Source: Candidatus Heimdallarchaeota archaeon
Lineage (GTDB): Archaea > Asgardarchaeota > Heimdallarchaeia > Heimdallarchaeales > Heimdallarchaeaceae
DNA: 40,985 nt
NCBI GenBank assembly: GCA_016839945.1
Contig: JAEOTE010000096.1
Span: 1-40,985, forward strand
Direction of reading: 5' to 3'
Positions 19,548-28,232 of this stretch are shown here, in pieces; the stretch's first letter is position 1; each line of letters opens with the position of its first letter. Under the pieces are notes generated by a model. The model had not been told where the DNA came from. It saw nothing but the letters and a program-made list of their open reading frames with translations, and did not search any database. The position numbers and the translations under genes are program-made.

Positions 19548-20723
19548 TCATGGTGGTAGGAGCTTCTGTTTTTCAGCTGACTTCAACTTGTTAAGTTGTG
19601 AATGAAACAGCATAGCTAATCCTGTTTTCAAAAGACCAGTTTCCAGATAGTTTTGCAGTTCAGAATTTTCTTTGAAGATATTAATTTCTCTCTCCTGATT
19701 TCGTATAGTCTGTGAAGTAACACCTTTCATTAATTTAGTGTACAACTCTAAAGCATCTTTACCCTTTTTTTCAGCTTTTAAGATAGATTTAGCGACTAAT
19801 CTACCTGAGAGAGCAGCTGAATCCATTCCAACTCCACGAGTTTGATCAATCAATCCTGCAGCATCACCAGCCATCAAAATACGGTTTTTTCCCAACCATA
19901 CACGATTCTTGGAGTACATGTCCATTGATGTTTTATACCCCTCTCTCTTAACAATTTCACCAACTAGATTATATTCCTCTTTAATGTGTTGATAGAATTT
20001 TTCCTGTCTTTCATTTACATTAACATCATTGCACCCAGTACCAACTACCCAGTAATCTTTACCATCATCTAATGTCTTAGTATAGACCCAAGCAAACATC
20101 ACATTATTCCATTCTAGATTCCAAAACTGATAAAGTGTTTCAGGATCCATATCTGGATTTCCATCAATGTAATAATTTATTGTAGCACCTACAGATTCCT
20201 TTGAAAAATCCTCAGGACGAAGTTGAGTTCGGATTTTAGGTCTCAAACCTGTTGCATCTACTAGATATTTTGTTTTATATTGAAACTTCTTTTTTTCTTT
20301 AGGTTTAACTAAATTAACAATAACATGATCTTCCTTTTCTTCAACACTTTGACAAACACAATCATCCAAGAATTCAGCTCCAGCTTCTTGAGCAAGAATA
20401 TTTAGCCAATCATCAAATGGTTTACGCATAAAATTGAACATCTTAAAGGGAGAACTAAAGGATTTTCCATCAGGCAAAACGATACTTACTTTGTTTAATT
20501 CAATATTACAAAGACGTTCTTTAGGAATTTTTTCTCCTAAGATTTTTTCGAAATAACCAAACTGTATTCCAGAACAGGATTTATCTCTGGGAGTTTTATG
20601 TCTCTCAACTAATAGTGTTTTGAGACCACCTCTAGCTGCAAACTTTGCGGCTGTAGAACCTGCAATTCCTCCACCTGCGATGATTATGTCATACTCTGTC
20701 ATTAGAGTTTCTTTTTGTTCCAT
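19548..20723 (-). CDS. FAD-dependent oxidoreductase, geranylgeranyl reductase family
   Basis: DIIIAGGGIAGS, PRDKSCSG, RKPFDDWL, VDATG, AGDAAG..GVGM. Confidence 0.85.
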   Translation of the reverse strand: MEQKETLMTEYDIIIAGGGIAGSTAAKFAARGGLKTLLVERHKTPRDKSCSGIQFGYFEKILGEKIPKERLCNIELNKVSIVLPDGKSFSSPFKMFNFMRKPFDDWLNILAQEAGAEFLDDCVCQSVEEKEDHVIVNLVKPKEKKKFQYKTKYLVDATGLRPKIRTQLRPEDFSKESVGATINYYIDGNPDMDPETLYQFWNLEWNNVMFAWVYTKTLDDGKDYWVVGTGCNDVNVNERQEKFYQHIKEEYNLVGEIVKREGYKTSMDMYSKNRVWLGKNRILMAGDAAGLIDQTRGVGMDSAALSGRLVAKSILKAEKKGKDALELYTKLMKGVTSQTIRNQEREINIFKENSELQNYLETGLLKTGLAMLFHSQLNKLKSAEKQKLLPP

Positions 20724-20793
20724 ATATAATATAATTGTGTTATACCTATAGCACCGTGAAATATTTTTAAGAGATAAAGAAGTACTAACTAAT

Positions 20794-21444
20794 ATGAGTA
20801 AAAAGAATCCTCATTGTATCTGTATCTGGGAAGATGAGGAATCGTGTGATGAATGTAAACTAAAGGGTAGATTACACTGTCATTTAGACAAAAAATATGC
20901 AATTATCTTTGGAATACCTTTCTTTTTAGCATTCATCCCTACATTTGTAGGATTAATTCTGCTTGGTTACCCCTTGAACTTGATTTCAACATTAGTATGG
21001 ATAGGTTATATCATTTTCTTCTTTCTAGTTTGGGAACCTCCTATTTTATGTGCTCATTGTCCTTATTATGCTGAAGGAGAGACAAAATTTCTACATTGTT
21101 CTATAAATTATGGCTTCTTCAAAACTGCCAAATTCAAACCTGGACCTACTAACTTATGGGAAAAGATTCAGTTTCTGATTGGGGCAAATTTGATATTTGT
21201 TATTCCCATCGTGTTTTTAGCAATTGGACAGAAATGGATATTTCTTGGTGTATGTATTGCTGGAGTTATTTTGTGGTATATTGTAATCCAGCTTAAAGTA
21301 TGCACAGACTGTATCAATTTCTCCTGCGTACTGAATAGAGTTCCAAAGGAAATAAGGGATGAATTTCTGAAAAAGAATCCAGAGATGTTTGAAGCTTGGA
21401 AAAAAAGCGGATATAAATTTGAGAGTGAGATAAATGAAGATTAG
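20794..21444 (+). CDS. cysteine-rich 4-TM membrane protein of unknown function
   Basis: Cys clusters CIC..CDEC..HCH, CAHCPYY, HCS, CTDCINFSC alternate with TM hairpins. Confidence 0.75.
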   Translation: MSKKNPHCICIWEDEESCDECKLKGRLHCHLDKKYAIIFGIPFFLAFIPTFVGLILLGYPLNLISTLVWIGYIIFFFLVWEPPILCAHCPYYAEGETKFLHCSINYGFFKTAKFKPGPTNLWEKIQFLIGANLIFVIPIVFLAIGQKWIFLGVCIAGVILWYIVIQLKVCTDCINFSCVLNRVPKEIRDEFLKKNPEMFEAWKKSGYKFESEINED

Positions 21445-21958
21445 AAGAGCAAAATTCTCTGATATCAAAGATATTGCATATGTTCAGGTAAAATCTTGGG
21501 AGACTACTTACCCAGGATTATTACCGGATGAAACTATAAAAAGTAGAACAGTGGAAAGTAGAACACAAAAATTAACAGAGTTTTGGCCAGATCTTGAGAC
21601 ATCTACAAAACGATGTGTGATTGTTGCAGAAACAGAGGAAGGCAATATTGTGGGTTTTGTTGTTGGAGGTAGAAGTTTTGATAATAATCTTCCTTATGAG
21701 GGGGAAGTATATTCAATCTATATCATAAAAGAATATCAGAATAAAGGATTGGGAACTACTTTAATGAAAGAAACAGTTAAATTTCTGGAGAATTTAGGTT
21801 TTAAAACAATGATCGTTTGGGTATTGGAAGGAAACAAACAAGCAAGTTTATTTTATGAAAAGTTGGGGGGAATTGCTAAAGAAAGAAAGATGAAAGACAT
21901 CGAGGGGAAGGAATATCTAGTTAATGGATATGTTTGGGAAGATATCAGTAATTTCTAA
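21434..21958 (+). CDS. GNAT family N-acetyltransferase
   Basis: IYIIKEYQNKGLGTTL, WVLEGNKQASLFYEKLG. Overlaps the upstream stop by 11 bp. Confidence 0.9.
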   Translation: MKIRRAKFSDIKDIAYVQVKSWETTYPGLLPDETIKSRTVESRTQKLTEFWPDLETSTKRCVIVAETEEGNIVGFVVGGRSFDNNLPYEGEVYSIYIIKEYQNKGLGTTLMKETVKFLENLGFKTMIVWVLEGNKQASLFYEKLGGIAKERKMKDIEGKEYLVNGYVWEDISNF

Positions 21959-22024
21959 TTGTTTCCCAAAAAATCACATCCATCTGTCGATTGGGAAACT
22001 GATTTAAATACTTAAAATTTAGCG

Positions 22025-22441
22025 TTGAAGAACATCATGGCAGATTACTTTGAAAAGAAATCTAGAAGGAAATCTGAATTCGATGAAATTGAACGCAATT
22101 TCGTCGAATCAGAGCATGTAGATGTATTCATCTCTTTCCATGATGATTCAAGTTATTTCATGTACATGGCTTACACAGACTTTGACCATCAAATAATGTC
22201 GTTTGAGCACTTCATTGATTTAATTTATGGTGAAATTGATTATCTTGTATCTGAAAGACAAGAACCAGATTTAAAAAATGAAGTCTTTGAGTTTTTTTAC
22301 TTAGAAGATGAAAATTTAATTCCTTTTAATTCAAAAAATTATCTTGATGTGATAGAAAAAATGAATATTGTCATTTTTGCTACTCAGAATAAAACAAATG
22401 CCATTAAATTATTTAAAAGAATCTTAGAAACAATTGGTTGA
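22025..22441 (+). CDS. hypothetical acidic protein
   Basis: ORF fills the gap between genes; probable ATG at 22037. Confidence 0.6.
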   Translation: MKNIMADYFEKKSRRKSEFDEIERNFVESEHVDVFISFHDDSSYFMYMAYTDFDHQIMSFEHFIDLIYGEIDYLVSERQEPDLKNEVFEFFYLEDENLIPFNSKNYLDVIEKMNIVIFATQNKTNAIKLFKRILETIG

Positions 22442-22444
22442 AAA

Positions 22445-22657
22445 TCAGTTAGCATCTATTTTCTTTCTATATAGAACATATTCAACAGGAACAATATGAC
22501 CTTTATTATAATGATCTAAAACTGCTTCAATATTATCTGCTAGATAATGTTCATTAATACAACATAATGCTGATAGTTCAGAGATTTCATACCAATTATT
22601 ACCATCAACGCTGCATAATACAAGGTTGTATTGTTTAATGTATAGTTTGTTTTGCAT
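22445..22657 (-). CDS. small hypothetical protein
   Basis: 70 aa, AGGTG upstream of the ATG, overlaps no other gene. Confidence 0.55.
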   Translation of the reverse strand: MQNKLYIKQYNLVLCSVDGNNWYEISELSALCCINEHYLADNIEAVLDHYNKGHIVPVEYVLYRKKIDAN

Positions 22658-22725
22658 CTTAACACCTTAATGCTTTTTCAGTTTAAAAAGAGAGAAAATA
22701 TCCTCATTTAAAAAGAAAAAAAGGA

Positions 22726-23508
22726 TTATTTTGCTTCAACCATTTTATCCCTATCTACAACAAAAAACTTCAGTACAGAGAAAAGTGATGCCAATCCTAC
22801 CGTTCCAGCTATAACAATGAATGGCCATAACTGCCCTACATCAAGTAAAATGAAATACACAAGTAGCATGCTTGTACCAATTCCAATGAACATTGACCAT
22901 CCCCAATAAAACAAGGAATCTATCCATGAAATAGTTGGTTCTTTTAAGACAAAGTACGCAATTATCACCAATCCGCTCCAGATGCTTGTTCCTATTATTG
23001 GATATATTTGAAAATCTTCCCAACCGCCAGTTTCTATAAAAAGTCCAAATCCTAAAGCAAACATTGTTGTAAGAGTAGTAATGAATAAGATTACAGTCCA
23101 TACTAGAAGAAGATACAAAGGTTGTCGCTCTTTTTTCATCAAGGAGAAATGAACTCCTCCTGCCCATAAAATTAAATGAAAAGTACCCATTAAGGGCATA
23201 GCTTGAAAATCTTCCCAAGCTCCAAAATTAGCATATGCTAGAGCTAGCATACTGAAAGTAGTTGCTAAAAATAAGAAGAAAAACCAAATAATAACAATTA
23301 TACTAGATTTAATTTCTTTCTTTCTTGCTATAAACAAGAAAGCTGTCATTAGTATTATTAAGTAGACCATACCCAAAGTTGGACTACCAAACCATTCAAT
23401 ACCAGTTAGATCATCTTTCAATACGAATACGAATATGATTGCAATTATGCTTCCTATTATCCAGGTCCAAATAGTTATAGCGAGGAGAAATTTTTGTTTA
23501 ACCATCAT
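22726..23508 (-). CDS. polytopic membrane protein built from internal TM-hairpin repeats
   Basis: About 8 TM segments; WEDFQ twice; W-x4-F-x6-M three times. Confidence 0.75.
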   Translation of the reverse strand: MMVKQKFLLAITIWTWIIGSIIAIIFVFVLKDDLTGIEWFGSPTLGMVYLIILMTAFLFIARKKEIKSSIIVIIWFFFLFLATTFSMLALAYANFGAWEDFQAMPLMGTFHLILWAGGVHFSLMKKERQPLYLLLVWTVILFITTLTTMFALGFGLFIETGGWEDFQIYPIIGTSIWSGLVIIAYFVLKEPTISWIDSLFYWGWSMFIGIGTSMLLVYFILLDVGQLWPFIVIAGTVGLASLFSVLKFFVVDRDKMVEAK

Positions 23509-23602
23509 AAGGAATCACATAATCTGACTTTACAACACTTATAATGGTTCTTACAAAAAAATGAGTAAGTCTTTCTATTGTATTTAATCTCTCATTTAAC
23601 GT

Positions 23603-24088
23603 CTATTGATTGATATTATCTTCTAATTCCCTCATAAAAAAGAAACTAATAGTATTTTTATGAAAGAGAGTATACAAACCAACAATACCTAAAGCAAGTA
23701 CTAGGAACAAGTGAATAGGGATAGTAAATATTGAATACTTAATCATAACCTCAAACCCTCTATATATCATATAGATAGTTAAAATTGTTCCAGCGAGATA
23801 GATCCCAGATAGTGAAATCCATCCAATACGTTTTCTATTGATATAAATAATATTAACTGCTATACTAATTATAGCGATTACCAAAAAGACAATTCCTACA
23901 AATTTCAACAATGGTTCAAAATTGGCTAGATCATCAGGTTCAGGTTCAACAAATAGCTCAGTATTCCAAGTTAAAATAAGAAGAAAGATTCCCAAAGATA
24001 ATCCAACTACAGATAAGATATACGTTAAAACTGCAGTTATCTTTGCTCTTGAAGGGAAAGCATCTTCCTGTTTTGGAAAAAGTATCAT
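23603..24088 (-). CDS. 4-TM hypothetical membrane protein
   Basis: Four hydrophobic segments; RKRIGW loop. Confidence 0.7.
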   Translation of the reverse strand: MILFPKQEDAFPSRAKITAVLTYILSVVGLSLGIFLLILTWNTELFVEPEPDDLANFEPLLKFVGIVFLVIAIISIAVNIIYINRKRIGWISLSGIYLAGTILTIYMIYRGFEVMIKYSIFTIPIHLFLVLALGIVGLYTLFHKNTISFFFMRELEDNINQ

Positions 24089-24246
24089 AGTATTTCTAGT
24101 TTAATTTACTTTTCAAGTATTTATAAGTTTATAATAAAAAATCATTAATTTGACAGCCATTAAAATAATGTTTTTATACAAATATCTGAGGTTTTTATTC
24201 AGTTTATTCTTGGTACAAACCTTAGAGAAACTGAATCACATAAAAG

Positions 24247-24777
24247 GTGACAATCATTAGAAAACAGAGAATAATTAAAGACTATGAATCCTTAAGGAAG
24301 CTTCATAAAGAAGGAATTATTGGACAAGTGAAATCCTTTCCAAAGAAGAAGAAATCTATGGAACATCTGGCTATTGGTTTTAAGGCTCCTAAAGGAACAC
24401 CCTATGAAGGAGGAAAATATAAACTAGAAATCCTTTTTGGTCCAAATTATCCTTACAAACCTCCATTTGTAAGACTTCACACTTTTATTTGGCATCCAAA
24501 CTTTTGGAGCAATCCTAAAGAGTACCCAGGCAAAAGAAACATATGTTTAGCATTAGTTGATAATGAGATGGTAGGTAAACATGACGGTTGGTCTCCCGCT
24601 AAAAACATTACTACAGTTATTCATTCAATATTAGCAATGTTTAATGTTGAAGGAGCATATGTTAACCCTAAGGATGTTTTTAACAGAGAAGCTGCTTTAG
24701 AGTTCTTAAGAGATAAGAAAAAATTCCTAAGAAAAGCAAGAGCAGTAAGTAAAAAATACGCTACCTCTTACTGGTAA
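24247..24777 (+). CDS. ubiquitin-conjugating enzyme E2
   Basis: GTPYEGG, YPYKPP, WHPNF, active-site ICL, WSPA. GTG start. Confidence 0.95.
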   Translation: MTIIRKQRIIKDYESLRKLHKEGIIGQVKSFPKKKKSMEHLAIGFKAPKGTPYEGGKYKLEILFGPNYPYKPPFVRLHTFIWHPNFWSNPKEYPGKRNICLALVDNEMVGKHDGWSPAKNITTVIHSILAMFNVEGAYVNPKDVFNREAALEFLRDKKKFLRKARAVSKKYATSYW

Positions 24778-24797
24778 ATAAAGGTATAAAAGAAGCC

Positions 24798-25532
24798 ATG
24801 GGTATTGGTGTATTGACAATGGACAAAGAAGAAGATATTCCTGAACAGTACAAAGAACTTATGAGAAAAATAGAAGCTATCGAGAAAGCATTAGGACTCT
24901 CAGATATTGATAAAATAGTTGAGGATATCGAAAAAGAAAGAGAAATAGTTATCACTGAAGAAGATATTCAAATAACTCCTGAAACTGAAATAATCATTAA
25001 ACCTAAAGCATATCTCAAACTAGCAAAACATGCTTTATCATATGCAAATTCATTTATCCCAAAAAAAGATTGGATAGAAATTATAGGTTTATTAACAGGA
25101 CGAATAAAAAACGAAGAAACTCCTTTAGAACAAATTATTGTTGAGGATTATTGGCCTGTTGATCAAGGTGATGCTGTTAGTGTAGAAATTGTCGATCAAA
25201 AAATCTTTACAGAGATTTTCCATAAAAAAGATTCAAAACATTTCATAATTGGTTGGGCTCATTCCCATCCTAGTTATACTCCCTTTCTAAGTGATGATGA
25301 TTTTAGAACACATCTAAGATATCAAACATTTTGGAATAAATCCATAGCTGTTGTGATTGATCCTATACAAATATCCTTGGATGATTATGGATTAGGTGTT
25401 TTCAGAATAAAAGATGATAAGCGATCATATCATGAATTAACAAAAGAAGTTGAAGGAATGAGTACTGTAGCAAGTTATGAATCTATAGAGATGTTTATGA
25501 AAAATCAGTTTAAAGAAAAAAACAATCAATAA
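24798..25532 (+). CDS. JAMM/MPN+ metalloprotease (Rpn11/CSN5-like deconjugase)
   Basis: EIIGLL, GWAHSHPSYTPFLSDDD (HxH-x7-S-x2-D), AVVIDP. Acidic helical N-extension. Confidence 0.93.
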   Translation: MGIGVLTMDKEEDIPEQYKELMRKIEAIEKALGLSDIDKIVEDIEKEREIVITEEDIQITPETEIIIKPKAYLKLAKHALSYANSFIPKKDWIEIIGLLTGRIKNEETPLEQIIVEDYWPVDQGDAVSVEIVDQKIFTEIFHKKDSKHFIIGWAHSHPSYTPFLSDDDFRTHLRYQTFWNKSIAVVIDPIQISLDDYGLGVFRIKDDKRSYHELTKEVEGMSTVASYESIEMFMKNQFKEKNNQ

Positions 25533-25553
25533 CATAATAGGGTTGGTCAAGAA

Positions 25554-26657
25554 TTGGACTTGAATAACATCAAAGTATATGCATCTATAGCTATTGTAGG
25601 TACAATGGTTGGGGTATTATATCTAGCAATTCAAAAAGATTTACCTGTTGCATTAATTTTCTTTTATGTTACACTTTATGTTGTTGTCACACTACGTTAT
25701 GTTCTAGAAAGAAGACATTATAAAAAACATAAAGCAGCTTTAGCTAGTTCTCAATTCCTGTTATTACCTTTTAGCGTTATGCTAATGGGGAACTATATCT
25801 CTCCAGCTGCTGCTAATCCTAGAATTTTCTTAATAAATATTGATCTTGTTGGGGGGGATTCTCTACGAATTTTCTTTAATATCATTTCGCTATCTATGAT
25901 TATCCCATTAATAGTTCTCTCATTACATTTCAATAATTTCTATTCAGGAAGATGGCCTGCAATGGCTATTAATAGAAAAATAAAAAGAAAGAAAATAATT
26001 CCAATACTCTTTTTCACTTCCTTTGTTTTCATTTTACTAATTGGTTTCTTCATAAATTTGACAATTGATTTTGTTAGTTTAATTTTTGTACTTATCTACA
26101 TCGTTCTCTCAATAAACCATTTTATTGTTGCTCCAGCTAGAAGTGCAAGAGTAAGGGCAATTCAAAGAGCTCCAACAAGTACAACTAGAAGAACAGCATC
26201 TACAACTAGGCAACAAGTCCGCACAGTTCGTTCGAGTTCAACAAGAGCAAGGCGCACTACTTCAACTACAGCTTCTAGAACTACTAGAACCGCTCAACGT
26301 TCTACAGCACGTGTTGCTATTGATCCAGGGATAGATGTAAGGACTACAAGAAAAACCACTGCAAAAGCTGTATCTACCAAGATAACAGATAAAAATATAT
26401 TCCCTATTGGTAAGGTTTCAAGTTCTGAATTGAAATGTATAATCTGTTATATGGATTTTAATAAGAGAGATACAAGAAGAGTTGTTCTTTGTCCTCATTG
26501 CAGATATCCAGCTCATGAGGATGAATTCTTGAATTGGTTCAAGACTTCCAAACTTTGTGCAAGATGTAACAAACCTATCTCAACCAAATACATTAAGAAA
26601 CCTATATACAGACTAACTACAAAAATATATATTGAAAGAGTAATTGAAAAAGTATAA
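25554..26657 (+). CDS. multi-pass membrane protein with C-terminal RING-variant domain (putative E3 ligase)
   Basis: About 6 TM segments in aa 1-190, an R/T/S-rich linker, then CxxC-x14-CxxC-x4-H-x2-E-x3-W-x6-CxxC. Confidence 0.8.
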   Translation: MDLNNIKVYASIAIVGTMVGVLYLAIQKDLPVALIFFYVTLYVVVTLRYVLERRHYKKHKAALASSQFLLLPFSVMLMGNYISPAAANPRIFLINIDLVGGDSLRIFFNIISLSMIIPLIVLSLHFNNFYSGRWPAMAINRKIKRKKIIPILFFTSFVFILLIGFFINLTIDFVSLIFVLIYIVLSINHFIVAPARSARVRAIQRAPTSTTRRTASTTRQQVRTVRSSSTRARRTTSTTASRTTRTAQRSTARVAIDPGIDVRTTRKTTAKAVSTKITDKNIFPIGKVSSSELKCIICYMDFNKRDTRRVVLCPHCRYPAHEDEFLNWFKTSKLCARCNKPISTKYIKKPIYRLTTKIYIERVIEKV

Positions 26658-26739
26658 TAAATACAATGTCCATATGTATCAAAAGACATTTCACTAGAAA
26701 TCAAATATATATTCAGAAAACGACTACAAAGGTTGGATT

Positions 26740-27327
26740 ATGGGAACAATATCACACTTAACAGCTTCTTTCTTCATTTCATTATCTCTTGTTGGAGTAT
26801 CAATTTACTATTTTATTGAAGGAGATAACTTAATGGGGAAGGTGTTTGTGTTCATTGGCATTTTTGTTTTCATCTCATTTTTCTTTATTTTCAGAAGTAT
26901 ATACTACTTGAGACATAAAGCGACATTTAACGAATTCATCTACGTGTTTATTCTCCCTCTAATTCCAGTTTTGATACTTTTTGCCCAAGAAATGTTCAAT
27001 TTCAATGATATATTCTTAATTTCAACAGGAAATATTAAAACTAATGGAATAGATTATGATTTCTATATTACAATTATAGATTTTCTATTACTTCCTTATT
27101 ATTTAGCGAGTAACTATTTATTATTCAGATCGTTTATTCGTTATCCATTTATCAGATTCAAAAGTACAAGTGAAAAAGGTATGCCGCCAAAATTAGCAGG
27201 ATTAATTTTAATGTTAGCAATTCCAGCTCTATATATTGCTAGCTCCCTCACATATTTCCATAATTTCTTCTTGTTAATCTTTGGTATAGTCTATTTCTAT
27301 CTTGGCACAGTTGCTCTGTTTGTCTAA
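26740..27327 (+). CDS. ~6-TM membrane protein, apparent paralog of the E3 membrane domain
   Basis: Motifs colinear with the 25554 ORF: YxxHKA, LP, IFLI, II...P, R[WY]P, LIF..[IV]Y. Confidence 0.75.
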   Translation: MGTISHLTASFFISLSLVGVSIYYFIEGDNLMGKVFVFIGIFVFISFFFIFRSIYYLRHKATFNEFIYVFILPLIPVLILFAQEMFNFNDIFLISTGNIKTNGIDYDFYITIIDFLLLPYYLASNYLLFRSFIRYPFIRFKSTSEKGMPPKLAGLILMLAIPALYIASSLTYFHNFFLLIFGIVYFYLGTVALFV

Positions 27328-27343
27328 GAATAGTAATTTTTTT

Positions 27344-27991
27344 CTACTTTCGTGGTTTTTTCTGTTTAGGAATCTTTTGTTTTGGAATCTTCTGTTGAGG
27401 AATTTTTTGTTTAGGTATCTTTCTTTCTACTTCTTTTATTTGGGTAGTAACAGGTTCTTCTCTTTCTTTCTTCTCTTTCTCCCTTTCTTCTTTTGGAGCA
27501 GGTTTAGATTCTTTACTTTCAATTTCAGAGAACTTATCACTATCATTAACAGGAGGTGGAACTGATTTCTTTTCTTTTTTCTCTTTTTCTGGACTTATAA
27601 TATTTTCAACAGGTTTCTTTTCTTTTAGTTTTGTTTTTTGAGGTGGTCGAGTTTCCTTAGGTTTCTTCTGCTTTGTGTGTGTGTCTTTAGGAATGTAATT
27701 TATAGGCTTGGAGCTTGTGATTTTATCTTGTTTAGGTATCTTTGATTTAGGGATTTTTTGCTTAGGAATGGATTTACTTTTCTTTTCAGTTCTAAAACTT
27801 GTTAAATCGGATTTTGGCGGTTTTGAAGAATCTATTTTTTTCTTCTGTTTTTTTGGTGGAACTATATAATCCTCCCTGATTTTCTGTTTAGGGGGTCCAT
27901 CTGATGGAATTTTTGTTTTTGGTATTTTATCAGATGGTATTTTCTGTTTAGGAATCTTCGATTTTACTTTACTTTTTTTCTTCTTAGCCAT
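27344..27991 (-). CDS. lysine/proline-rich low-complexity protein with KIPxx pentapeptide repeats
   Basis: About 30% Lys by manual count. Ten KIP motifs in three blocks. ATG start MAKKKK. Repeat codons vary synonymously. Confidence 0.75.
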   Translation of the reverse strand: MAKKKKSKVKSKIPKQKIPSDKIPKTKIPSDGPPKQKIREDYIVPPKKQKKKIDSSKPPKSDLTSFRTEKKSKSIPKQKIPKSKIPKQDKITSSKPINYIPKDTHTKQKKPKETRPPQKTKLKEKKPVENIISPEKEKKEKKSVPPPVNDSDKFSEIESKESKPAPKEEREKEKKEREEPVTTQIKEVERKIPKQKIPQQKIPKQKIPKQKKPRK

Positions 27992-28232
27992 CTGTAATTC
28001 ACATCAATATGTTAAATTCCTATTATAATTTGTTTTTAATCAAATATATTATTTCTGATAGTTAAAGAATTACTCTTTTTAATTTAATCGCTTCTTTATT
28101 GAGTTATGCGTAAAAAAACCAAATTTAAAACATTAAAGTGGAATGTTTATCAAATAGGAAACTAAAGTAATTTTTAAAAGGCAATTTATATAAGTAAAAC
28201 TCGATATATTAATATCTAAAAGGTTGATAAAA

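Noticed and set aside
1514-23218. Short ORF-track entries overlapping longer genes (1514-1714, 4599-4865, 6163-6432, 6570-6785, 10708-10920, 11678-11914, 12998-13327, 13717-13971, 15079-15261, 17129-17350, 18804-18992, 19148-19339, 21217-21468, 22841-23218)
   Set aside because: Antisense or alternate-frame shadows of well-supported genes, with no recognisable motifs.
27302-27565. Phe/Leu-rich + strand ORF with RNLLF-like repeats that looks like a membrane peptide
   Set aside because: It is the reverse complement of the KIPKQ repeats of the K-rich gene.
27344-27991. 15-bp periodic DNA repeats as a possible CRISPR array or VNTR; histone H1 call for the protein
   Set aside because: The repeats are short, in-frame, synonymously diverged and have no spacers. 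The protein has no globular H1 domain or Ala-rich PAKK pattern.
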